Shown here: piece by piece, positions 19,590 through 27,679 of the stretch
Numbering within the stretch: position 1 is the stretch's first letter
Layout of the letters: every line of letters starts with the position of its first letter
Notes under the pieces: generated by a model
Databases searched by the model: none
What the model saw: only the letters and a program-made list of their open reading frames with translations
What the model was told of the DNA's origin: nothing
Position numbers and translations under genes: made by a program
NCBI GenBank assembly: GCA_043803345.1
Contig: JAZDKD010000459.1
Span: 1 to 27,679 of the forward strand
Direction: 5' to 3'
DNA length: 27,679 nucleotides
DNA from: Pseudomonadota bacterium
GTDB lineage: Bacteria; Desulfobacterota; Desulfomonilia; Desulfomonilales; Desulfomonilaceae

Positions 19590-20933
19590 ATGATTAGTTC
19601 ATGTATAATATGTATTAAAAGATTAACTTATTTGAGTATAGCAACATTTAGCCTGTTATGCCTGTCACAGGCGATTGCCGCCCCGTCGTCACTGAAACGA
19701 GTGAAGTCCCCGTCGACTGTTGAACCTCCAGTAATTGCCGCGCAATTTGAACACAGGCGACTTCATGAGAAAAATCAGGACAATGGTGAGCGGTACCTTC
19801 CCTATACCTTGGGCTACGGTCTCCGCATGGCCCTGCCAACCCCATTAAAAAACAATTTCGATTTCGACGCAGGTTATGACAAGTGGCTGGGGCTTCCAAC
19901 CATGAAATTGGACTGTTTCATCCCCGCCAGGGCCTGGAATGATAAAAGCGTCTTTTTTGCCCCAAGAGTTTCCACAACTGGCCGCAACGAAAGTTTTTCC
20001 GTTGGGGCCGGAATTCGGCAGCTTATTACCTCAGAGTCGATGATAGGTTTTCACGCGTTTCACGATTGGACAAGAGACAGGAAACCCGGAACAGAATTCC
20101 TGCGACAGGCTGGTTTTGGAGTCGAATTCTCGGCTTTACCCGGCTACTTTTCAGACATAACAGTTTCGGCCAACGCCTATTTTCCCACTAACACACGGAA
20201 AGAACTCAAAAATGACGGCATATCGCTTTTTAGCGAGACCCTACCCGGGGGAGCTGACGCCAGGGTAAACGTCCTACTGCCAAATTTCTCTTCCTGGCTG
20301 GATTTCCGGTTGGACGCTTCCGCTCATACGTATTCCGGCCTAAACTACAATTCTTCAGGATACACTACGGGTGTCGCGATAAATTCACGCGATGGTTCCC
20401 TGCGCATGCGATTTGAACAGAGACAGGACAGTGGCCGAGCGAGTAACTTCAGTGTAACCGCAGGTCTTCAGCTAGCTTTTGACTGGAAAGCGCTTCTGGA
20501 TTCAAAGAATCCTTTTTCAGCTCCGTACACTTATTCTGACACACGTTACAACCGGAAGATTCGCAACACCCTTTTTTCAAAAGTCAGTCGCAAACTTGAT
20601 CTGCCTCAGAATCGCCTTGAACAGCGTTCCACGCTAATGGCGTCGGTTGCCGGAGATACCGTAACCTTTACCGGAGGTTTTCCCAATCTGCCTTATTCCA
20701 CTCTAACTGTACAGGTTTCCCATAGCCCGTGGCGGGATTATTCCGAGATCGTCACTGACGCTCAGGGAGCGTACTACGGGGCAATTTCAATGCCGCCAGG
20801 CATTTGCAGGGTTCGAGTCTTGCACAAACCGACGGGATGGGCTACTCCACCCAAAACCGTTGTTATTTCTGATTTTTACGAAAACACCTCCACCGAAAAA
20901 AGCGACCAGACCCCAAATCTAACCAGTTTCTAG
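19590..20933 (+). CDS. Inverse autotransporter (intimin/invasin-type) beta-barrel outer-membrane protein with a very short C-terminal domain
   Basis: Signal peptide ending in SQAIA; barrel strands FFAPR...SVGAGIRQL...IGFHAFHDW...QAGFGVEF...SANAYFP...GADARVNVLLP resemble the invasin pattern (GxGxR...G.N.F.D...GxGxE...ANxY); linker SKVSRKLDLP. Confidence 0.72.
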   Translation: MISSCIICIKRLTYLSIATFSLLCLSQAIAAPSSLKRVKSPSTVEPPVIAAQFEHRRLHEKNQDNGERYLPYTLGYGLRMALPTPLKNNFDFDAGYDKWLGLPTMKLDCFIPARAWNDKSVFFAPRVSTTGRNESFSVGAGIRQLITSESMIGFHAFHDWTRDRKPGTEFLRQAGFGVEFSALPGYFSDITVSANAYFPTNTRKELKNDGISLFSETLPGGADARVNVLLPNFSSWLDFRLDASAHTYSGLNYNSSGYTTGVAINSRDGSLRMRFEQRQDSGRASNFSVTAGLQLAFDWKALLDSKNPFSAPYTYSDTRYNRKIRNTLFSKVSRKLDLPQNRLEQRSTLMASVAGDTVTFTGGFPNLPYSTLTVQVSHSPWRDYSEIVTDAQGAYYGAISMPPGICRVRVLHKPTGWATPPKTVVISDFYENTSTEKSDQTPNLTSF

Positions 20934-20957
20934 CCCAGCGCCAGGTGTCCATTTTAC

Positions 20958-23900
20958 TCACATATTTCGTCTGTACTGTCCTCCGGCCCTGTAAAGAGTC
21001 TGGGTAATTTCACCCAGAGAACAGTAATTTACCGTTTCCATAAGTTCTTCGAATATGTTTCCCTCGGATTGCGCCACTCTGTGCAGCTTTTCGCGAGCAC
21101 TCCCCGAATGTTCTATGTTGCGTTCCTTAAATTCTCTTAGCCTCCTCAACTGGGACTGTTTTTCCTCTTCAGTGCCTCTGGCAAGTTCGAGAGCGCACTG
21201 CTCCAGGTGGACCTTGTCCGAATTGAGGAAAGTGTTCACTCCAATTATCGGATATTCCCCAGTAGATTTTAGGGTTTCATAATAAAGGGACTCGTCCTGA
21301 ATCTTGGTCCTTTGATAGCCTGTCTCCATGGCTCCCAAAACCCCACCACGCTGGGACAACCTGTCAAATTCGGTCAGAACCGCCTCTTCAACTAGATCAG
21401 TAAGCTCATCGATGATGAATGAACCCTGGTTCACGTTGTCAACCCTAGAAATGCTCCACTCCCTGTTGATGATCATCTGAATAGCTAGAGCTCTTCGCAC
21501 TGATTCCTCACTGGGCGTTGTTATGGCTTCGTCATAGGAATTGGTGTGAAGCGAGTTACAGTTATCATATATTGCGATCAGCGCCTGAAGTGTCGTCCTG
21601 ATATCGTTGAACTGAATCTCCTGGGCATGTAGAGACCGTCCGCTGGTTTGAATATGATACTTCAACTTCTGGGAACGTTCATTCCCACAGTACTTATCCC
21701 TCATGGCTACAGCCCATATTCTTCTGGCCACTCTTCCTATAACGCTATATTCGGGTTCCATTCCATTGGAGAAAAAGAAGCTGAGATTGGGAGCGAAGTC
21801 GTCGATTTTCATTCCACGGGAGAGATAATACTCCACATACGTAAAACCGTTGGCCATAGTTAAGGCAAGTTGGGTTATGGGATTCGCCCCCGCTTCCGCT
21901 ATGTGATACCCGGAAATGGACACTGAGTAAAAGTTTCTCACATTATTCTTGATGAAAAAGTCCTGAATGTCGCCCATCATCCTTAGAGAAAAATCCATGG
22001 AGAAAATGCAGGTGTTCTGACCTTGATCCTCCTTGAGTATATCCGCCTGAATAGTCCCTCTGATATTTGAAAGCACTTCGGATTTCACTTTGAACATAAC
22101 ATCAGGTGTCGGTTCCAACCCAGTTTCTCTTATAACTAGATCAAGTTTCTGCTGGATAGCGCTGTTAAAAAACATTGCCAGCATGATTGGAGCCGGGCCG
22201 TTTATTGTCATTGACACAGATGTGTTGGCTGCGCTGAGATCGAACCCGGCGTAAAGTTCCTTGACGTCGTCCAGAGTGCATATGGAAACTCCAGATGTTC
22301 CTATTTTTCCATAAATATCAGGTCTCTCGTCAGGATCCTGGCCGTACAGGGTCACTGAATCAAAGGCGGTCGATAGCCTTTTGGCGACACTGTTCTGGGA
22401 GAGATACCGGAATCTTCTGTTTGTCCTAAAAGGGTCCCCTTCGCCGGCAAACATTCGAGTGGGATCTTCGTCCTGCCTCTTGAAAGGAAAAACTCCGGCG
22501 GTATAAGGGAACATTCCTGGAAGGTTTTCTCTGAGTCTCCACTTGAGCAACTGTCCGGGGTCCTCGTATTTTGGAAGAGATATGCGAGGAAGCATTGTTC
22601 CGCTGAGTGTTTTGATTTTCAACTTCACCGGGATTTTTCTGCCTCTCACGGTAAAGACGTAATCGTCGCCTGAATAAGCCTCCTTGATGTCTTGCCACTC
22701 ACCCACGAGCTTGAGCGCCCGAGGATCAAGTTCATTTTCTATCTCTTCCTGGAGTTTCTTGATTTTTGAAAAAGCCTCAGAGTTTTCGCTGACGTTATCC
22801 GCCCTGAACTCGTTCTCTACCGCGTCCAGCCTCCACAAACGTCGGATGAGATTTTCCTGTTCGGCTCCCCAGGCATGATATTTTCGAACCGTCGTCGCTA
22901 TCTCGGAAAGATAGCCTGATCGTTCCGAGGGTATGATAATGGTCCTTGATGAAGGCATCTTGTCAGTTCCGGCCGTCATTGATGTTTGCCAACCCAGATC
23001 CAACTTTCGATTGAGTTCCTCAATTAGGCCCACATACAATGAGGTTACTCCGTCGTCATTAAACCTTGAGGCTATTGTTCCATAGACAGGCAAACTTTCG
23101 AGAGGCCGGCCAAAGCTCAGGCTATTTCTCTGAACCTGTTTTCTGACGTCGTGCAAAGCGTCTTCCGAACCCTGTCTGTCAAACTTGTTGATGGCTATCA
23201 AATCCGCAAAATCCAGCATGTCGATCTTCTCGAGCTGACTCTGAGCGCCGAATTCCGAGGTCATGACATAAAGTGAAACATCCGAAAGAGGAACCACTGC
23301 TGCGTCACCCTGCCCAAGTCCCGCTGTTTCCACAATTATCAGATCAAAACCCGCGGCTTTTAGAACTTCGATGGCCTCTTCCATATGCGACGGGACTTCC
23401 ATACCCTGATTTCGAGTCGCCATGGACCGATAGTAGACTCTGTCGGTATGAATGGAATTCATTCTGATCCGGTCGCCCAGCAAGGCGCCGCCAGTTTTTC
23501 TGCGCGTGGGGTCAACTGAGATAATACCTACCGTCTTGTCAGTCTGGTCATTTAAAAAACGCAGGGTGATTTCATCGGTCAGCGAAGATTTTCCGGCCCC
23601 ACCTGTGCCGGTGATCCCAAGGACCGGGACCATCTTGCCTTCAAACCGATCCTTCAGCAGTTTCCGAATCTCGGCAAGATCCCCGTTCCCAGACTCTTTC
23701 GCAACGTCAACGGCGGAAATCATTTTGGCTACGGCTTTCCAGTCTCTAGGGTCCAACCTCGGAAGATAGTCATCCACTCGACCTTCTGAAACCCTGAAAT
23801 CGGACAATTCAAGGAACCTGTTGATCATTCCCTGTAGCCCCAGTTGACGACCGTCATCAGGGCTGAATATCTTAGTTACCCCGTAGGATTCCAATTCCTG

Positions 23901-24233
23901 AATCTCCTCGAGGACTATGACACCGCCCCCTCCCCCAAAAACCTTTATGTGCGAGCTGTCGAACTCCCGGAGAAGATCGATGATGTATTTAAAAAATTCC
24001 ATGTGACCGCCCTGGTATGAACTGATTCCAATTGCCTGGGCGTCTTCCTGGACTGCAGCGCAAACAATCTCCGAAACCGACCTGTTGTGCCCCAGGTGAA
24101 TAACCTCCGCTCCAGAGGCCTGAAGTATGCGACGCATTATGTTTATGGCGGCGTCATGCCCATCAAAAAGTGAGGCGGCGGTAACAACCCTGATGTGATT
24201 CTTGGGTTCGTAATGCGCAGACGGCAGATTCAT
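20958..24233 (-). CDS. icmF: Fused isobutyryl-CoA mutase/G-protein chaperone (B12-binding, MeaB-like GTPase and mutase domains)
   Basis: [15 protein letters not shown] and SSYQGGH (B12 domain); [22 protein letters not shown] (GTPase); [48 protein letters not shown]; 1091 aa. Confidence 0.95.
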   Translation of the reverse strand: MNLPSAHYEPKNHIRVVTAASLFDGHDAAINIMRRILQASGAEVIHLGHNRSVSEIVCAAVQEDAQAIGISSYQGGHMEFFKYIIDLLREFDSSHIKVFGGGGGVIVLEEIQELESYGVTKIFSPDDGRQLGLQGMINRFLELSDFRVSEGRVDDYLPRLDPRDWKAVAKMISAVDVAKESGNGDLAEIRKLLKDRFEGKMVPVLGITGTGGAGKSSLTDEITLRFLNDQTDKTVGIISVDPTRRKTGGALLGDRIRMNSIHTDRVYYRSMATRNQGMEVPSHMEEAIEVLKAAGFDLIIVETAGLGQGDAAVVPLSDVSLYVMTSEFGAQSQLEKIDMLDFADLIAINKFDRQGSEDALHDVRKQVQRNSLSFGRPLESLPVYGTIASRFNDDGVTSLYVGLIEELNRKLDLGWQTSMTAGTDKMPSSRTIIIPSERSGYLSEIATTVRKYHAWGAEQENLIRRLWRLDAVENEFRADNVSENSEAFSKIKKLQEEIENELDPRALKLVGEWQDIKEAYSGDDYVFTVRGRKIPVKLKIKTLSGTMLPRISLPKYEDPGQLLKWRLRENLPGMFPYTAGVFPFKRQDEDPTRMFAGEGDPFRTNRRFRYLSQNSVAKRLSTAFDSVTLYGQDPDERPDIYGKIGTSGVSICTLDDVKELYAGFDLSAANTSVSMTINGPAPIMLAMFFNSAIQQKLDLVIRETGLEPTPDVMFKVKSEVLSNIRGTIQADILKEDQGQNTCIFSMDFSLRMMGDIQDFFIKNNVRNFYSVSISGYHIAEAGANPITQLALTMANGFTYVEYYLSRGMKIDDFAPNLSFFFSNGMEPEYSVIGRVARRIWAVAMRDKYCGNERSQKLKYHIQTSGRSLHAQEIQFNDIRTTLQALIAIYDNCNSLHTNSYDEAITTPSEESVRRALAIQMIINREWSISRVDNVNQGSFIIDELTDLVEEAVLTEFDRLSQRGGVLGAMETGYQRTKIQDESLYYETLKSTGEYPIIGVNTFLNSDKVHLEQCALELARGTEEEKQSQLRRLREFKERNIEHSGSAREKLHRVAQSEGNIFEELMETVNYCSLGEITQTLYRAGGQYRRNM

Positions 24234-24614
24234 GATGCACTCCGGCCAATTTATGGATTAATCGGCTCAACACCGATCTGGTTTCAATATATTGATGAAA
24301 GGCGATCTTTTAGCTTCTCTTAAACCGCCGCGCCGACCAACGGCGGACGGTGAGTTGGGGTTAACACTATAAATGTCAGGCACACGACAAACATCCAACT
24401 CATAGAATGGAACAGCCGCTCTGGGTTGGTTTCAATATTATTCCAAGGGAGGGTTAAATTCAACCATTATGAGGAATTCTATCTTGTTATGACGTCACTC
24501 ACATTCATACAAAACCAAGTATGGTTTTAATATTTTGAATCATTATCATTCTTAATTAAGCTGTTAAATAATTTATATCATGCTTTAGCTTATTTATGGC
24601 CCTATAATAATTTC

Positions 24615-24643
24615 TTGACTTGCTAATAACATAGTGATAATCT
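24615..24643 (+). promoter_or_regulatory. Putative sigma-70 promoter of the hydrolase gene
   Basis: TTGACT (24615-24620) - 17 nt - TAATCT (24638-24643), preceded by TG-n (extended -10); the AT-rich context raises the chance-match risk. Confidence 0.45.
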
Positions 24644-24722
24644 TAATGATATTATATTTTTTATTATTAAGTAATTGATTTGATTCCAATTCAAAATCCA
24701 GTGGATCATTTTAAGGGTAATC

Positions 24723-25628
24723 ATGAAAGTTAGGTCGTTAGTTGTCGCCTCTATTGTCTTGCTGACTTTTCTGGCGACAGCCACAGGGACTGTGGCCTGG
24801 GCGTATTACGCCAAAGTGGAGATCCCGCTTGATCGCAAAACCAACCTTCCGGGGTTCATTTTCCTCCCCCGCTGCGAGTTCAAAGGTTCCTTACCCGCCG
24901 TGGTCATTGGTGTGGGGGTTGGGGGAACCAAAATTCTTCAATACCATGATCACTGTCAGTGTCTCGCCGACAGAGGGTTCGTTGTCCTTCTGATTGATCC
25001 TTCAAATTACCCGGAATTCATGGCGCCAGGACCGTGGACGTGGGACCGTGATTTCGGATATGCGCTTGGTAGTTTCAACCAGGGATACGTGGGAGCTAAA
25101 CTCGCTTTGGGCAAAGAGTGGTATTTGAAGTCTTTCAAGGCGTCTGTGGACTATTTAACCGCATGGCCATTGGTGGATAGGGAAAAGATAGCTCTCAGCG
25201 GTTTCTCTCAGCCTGCCAACGCCGCGCTTTCCTGCGCCTGCAGGGACCCACGCGTCAAGGCTGTGGTCTGGAATTACGGTGGCTGGCCCTGGATAATGCC
25301 CTACGAACCATTCAGGCTTCCCCCTGTGGCAATCTTTCATGGGGAAGACGACGAAGTTTACGACGTCAAATACGCGCGGGAACTCGCTCTAAATCTTAAA
25401 ACAAGCATGCGCCCGTTCGAATTAAACATCTACCCCAACCAGAAGCATATGTTCAATATTTATTATGATTTACGTAATGAGAACCGATTCATGAAACCGG
25501 CTTTGCTAGACGCATTTGAACGTATGGTCGCTTTTCTGAAGGAAACGATGGGGGTTGATAGAAGAAAGCCACGCGGAATGGGGAGACGGGCCGCATTGCA
25601 TTATACCGATTCGCCTTTGAACAGATGA
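24723..25628 (+). CDS. Exported alpha/beta-fold hydrolase (dienelactone hydrolase-like)
   Basis: Signal peptide MKVRSLVVASIVLLTFLATATGTVAWA; PAVVI.., LADRGFVVLLID, VDREKIALSGFS, VKAVVWNYG, PVAIFHGEDDEV, YPNQKHMF. Confidence 0.8.
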   Translation: MKVRSLVVASIVLLTFLATATGTVAWAYYAKVEIPLDRKTNLPGFIFLPRCEFKGSLPAVVIGVGVGGTKILQYHDHCQCLADRGFVVLLIDPSNYPEFMAPGPWTWDRDFGYALGSFNQGYVGAKLALGKEWYLKSFKASVDYLTAWPLVDREKIALSGFSQPANAALSCACRDPRVKAVVWNYGGWPWIMPYEPFRLPPVAIFHGEDDEVYDVKYARELALNLKTSMRPFELNIYPNQKHMFNIYYDLRNENRFMKPALLDAFERMVAFLKETMGVDRRKPRGMGRRAALHYTDSPLNR

Positions 25629-25710
25629 CGCTGTGAACACTTTGGGCCTTGTCACTCACAGTAAGGCGCAAGGGCTTCACACTAGCGGCCCTCAATATTT
25701 GATGTCTTAT

Positions 25711-26148
25711 TCAGTAGTTTAGAATCTCTTCATCCTTGACGCTGATCCAGTCCTGTGAAAGAGCCTCAAAAGCCTTGGCGTTGTCATCCACCGCAAGAAC
25801 CAGCAGGGGCCTTTGCAAGGGAGCGAACACTCCCTGAAGGTAATACATGTTTTCGAGATTAACGCCAACCGATTTGAGTGGTTTAAGCACGGCCGTCAAT
25901 GCTCCCGGATGTTTTGGCGTTTCAACTACGATCCTGTCGTTTATCGAAACGGAGAAACCTGCTGATTCGAGTATATTCTGAGTTCTGGACGGGTCGCTCG
26001 TTACAAGTTCCAGGTTCCCACGCTCTCCGGACACGTGGATGTTTAGCCCCAGGGCATAGATTCCATTGGAACCCAGCAACTGAATTATGTTCGAAAGAGC
26101 CCCAGGTTTATTTGGAATCTCGATGGCGACCTCTCTAACCGTTTTCAT
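25711..26148 (-). CDS. Tandem ACT-domain protein (COG4747/Bt0572-like)
   Basis: Two ACT repeats (IPNKPGALSNIIQLL...; TPKHPGALTAVLKPL..GVNLENMY). ATG 26148 follows GGAGG. Confidence 0.82.
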   Translation of the reverse strand: MKTVREVAIEIPNKPGALSNIIQLLGSNGIYALGLNIHVSGERGNLELVTSDPSRTQNILESAGFSVSINDRIVVETPKHPGALTAVLKPLKSVGVNLENMYYLQGVFAPLQRPLLVLAVDDNAKAFEALSQDWISVKDEEILNY

Positions 26149-26192
26149 ACAAACCTCCAACAATGCTAACCCGTCAAATATTGACTCGCGTG

Positions 26193-26738
26193 TTACTTTG
26201 ATCCGCGAATAAAATCAGAGCCTACGCTTACCGCCTTCTGATTGCTCTCAACCAGTTTTTTCTTTTTGCCTTCGAGCACAGTTTCTATGGCTGCCATGAC
26301 TGAGACTTCCGAGACCATTCCAGTGGCTTCCCTTACGGCTCCCAGCATGACCATGTTCAGAGAGCGGTCAGCGCCCATGTCGTGAGCCAGTCTGTTAACA
26401 GGGATCATTACAACATTTATGTCCTCACGAGCAGGCCGTTCAGACATAAGATCGGAATTCAGAAACATGGTTCCGCCTGATTTTACCATGTTTTGATATT
26501 TCACCATGGACGGGTAATTCATTGCGACCACAAACTCCGGAGAGGAAGCGACAGGCGAGGCTATTTCCTCCTCAGAAACTACCACCGTGCAGTTTGCTGT
26601 GCCGCCCCTGACTTCTGCGCCATAAGCGGGTAGGAACGTCACGTGTTTGTCTTCTTTCATTCCAGCGTTAGCCAGGACATAGCCCATCATGAGCACTCCC
26701 TGACCACCAAATCCTGAGAAAATGATCTTAAACGACAT
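26193..26738 (-). CDS. 2-oxoacid:ferredoxin oxidoreductase gamma subunit (Vor/Kor type)
   Basis: IIFSGFGGQGVLMMG, PAYGAEVRGGTANCTVVVS, NMVMLGA. Confidence 0.92.
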   Translation of the reverse strand: MSFKIIFSGFGGQGVLMMGYVLANAGMKEDKHVTFLPAYGAEVRGGTANCTVVVSEEEIASPVASSPEFVVAMNYPSMVKYQNMVKSGGTMFLNSDLMSERPAREDINVVMIPVNRLAHDMGADRSLNMVMLGAVREATGMVSEVSVMAAIETVLEGKKKKLVESNQKAVSVGSDFIRGSK

Positions 26739-27465
26739 CTTTGATTACCTTGAGAGGAAATATTTTGGTCATAGCTTCGTCTACCCAGCGGATTGCGTCC
26801 TTGGGGCTCATCTTCCAGTTCGTCGGGCAGGGAGACAACACCTCAACCAGCGAAAAGCCCCTGTCAGCCAATTGTGTTTCAAACGCCTTTCTGATGGCCT
26901 TTTTTGTCCTGATTATTCCCTTGGGACTGGTCACCGCTGTTCTCTCGATATACACGCTGCCCGCCGCTAACGCGAGCATTTCGCTTAAATCAAGTGGGTA
27001 GCCATCTCTTACGGCAAGGCGACCCCCTGGGGTTGTGGTGGTCTCCTGACCCGGCACCGTCGTCGGCGCCATTTGACCGCCGGTCATACCGTAAACAGCG
27101 TTATTCACGAATATTGCGGTTATTCTTTCGCCACGATTTGCCGCGTGTATAGTCTCCGCAGTCCCAATTGCGGCTATGTCTCCGTCCCCCTGGTATGTGA
27201 AGACCACCCTGTCCTTGAGGATTCTTTTCATGCCGGTCGCCACAGCCGCGGCTCGACCGTGTGGGGCTTCGCACATGTCCACATCAAAATAGTCGTACGC
27301 GAGCACTGCGCATCCAGCCGGCGGGACCCCTATGGTCCTGTCCTTAATTCCGAGTTCATCTATCACTTCGGCCACAAGCCTGTGGATGATGCTGTGACCA
27401 CAGCCTGGACAGTAGTGGAAAGGATTGTCCTTTAAAGCGTCAGGTTTTGAAAATATTTTCTTCAC
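26728..27465 (-). CDS. 2-oxoacid:ferredoxin oxidoreductase beta subunit (TPP-binding; Vor type)
   Basis: HYCPGCGH, GCAV, HGRAAAVATG, YQGDGDIAAIG...NNAVYGMTGGQMAPTT, SPCPTNW; GTG start after GGAG. Confidence 0.92.
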   Translation of the reverse strand: MKKIFSKPDALKDNPFHYCPGCGHSIIHRLVAEVIDELGIKDRTIGVPPAGCAVLAYDYFDVDMCEAPHGRAAAVATGMKRILKDRVVFTYQGDGDIAAIGTAETIHAANRGERITAIFVNNAVYGMTGGQMAPTTVPGQETTTTPGGRLAVRDGYPLDLSEMLALAAGSVYIERTAVTSPKGIIRTKKAIRKAFETQLADRGFSLVEVLSPCPTNWKMSPKDAIRWVDEAMTKIFPLKVIKDVV

Positions 27466-27540
27466 TTTGCCTGCTCCAATTCAGAGTCTTGTCCGGTGAA
27501 AGCATCGCCGGGTAAAGACCGGCCGCCCGATTGCGGTAGA

Positions 27541-27678
27541 TTAATGAGATTTACTGTGATAGGCGCTGGACACAATTGCCGCGACTTCTTCGGGCGTCGA
27601 AACCACACCGCCCGGTCTGCCGTAAAAGGACACTTTCCTTCGTCCTTCAACCGCCAGCCTGACATCTTCCACCATCTG
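27541..27678 (-). CDS. 2-oxoacid:ferredoxin oxidoreductase alpha subunit (3-methyl-2-oxobutanoate dehydrogenase VorB-like), C-terminal fragment; truncated by the window end
   Basis: Hand translation [45 protein letters not shown] matches the alpha-subunit C-terminus (GQM..DV.LAV...GR.GG). Not in the ORF track, which lists a different frame. Confidence 0.85.
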   Translation of the reverse strand, partial: QMVEDVRLAVEGRRKVSFYGRPGGVVSTPEEVAAIVSSAYHSKSH

Positions 27679-27679
27679 G

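Noticed and set aside
20809-20822. tRNA T-loop-like GGTTCGAGTC
   Set aside because: It lies within the inverse autotransporter CDS with no cloverleaf context
24279-24462. CRISPR-like repeat: minus-strand GTTGAATTTAACCCTCCCTTGGAATAATATTGAAAC starts with GTT and ends with ATTGAAAC, and the ending recurs 148 bp (2 x 74) away
   Set aside because: Only the terminal 12 bp are shared, there is no copy at the intermediate position, and no cas genes are in the window. Kept only as a direct repeat.
24234-24520. Cobalamin riboswitch expected upstream of the B12-dependent icmF
   Set aside because: Reverse-complement reading shows none of the conserved elements (AGGGAA, GCCACTG, B12 box AGYCAGRAGACC)
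27462-27665. 67-aa ORF in the supplied track ([10 protein letters not shown]...)
   Set aside because: Wrong frame. The real coding frame is the alpha-subunit C-terminus ending at 27541.

Overview
A 27.7 kb stretch of densely coding bacterial chromosome, mostly housekeeping. The gene content (AhbC, NtrC-type two-component system, IcmF, 2-oxoacid:ferredoxin oxidoreductase) suggests an anaerobic deltaproteobacterium/Desulfobacterota such as a Desulfomonile-like organism; this is inference. In order: pfpI (3' end)-pyrC-pyrB-pyrI; convergent groES-groEL with a CIRCE operator; Nudix hydrolase; ahbC, TIM-barrel protein, DUF151 nuclease; sensor kinase plus sigma-54 response regulator; L,D-transpeptidase, lipocalin-like lipoprotein, DUF3108; an HD-domain tRNA nucleotidyltransferase; hisC-cmk-rpsA (minus strand); an inverse-autotransporter beta-barrel; icmF; an exported alpha/beta hydrolase behind an AT-rich region; an ACT protein and Vor/Kor-type alpha (partial), beta and gamma subunits. 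I found no rRNA, tRNA, CRISPR array, transposase or integrase, and I cannot support a clearly new system. Best leads: (i) Vor-ACT-IcmF as a possible branched-chain acyl-CoA module, with a structured icmF leader (12-bp direct repeats, a V/L/I-rich uORF, competing hairpins); (ii) an intimin/invasin-type barrel with a very small passenger; (iii) a probable CC-adding-only nucleotidyltransferase; (iv) an archaeal-like pyrC-pyrB-pyrI set. All family calls come from motif recognition by eye, not database searches.
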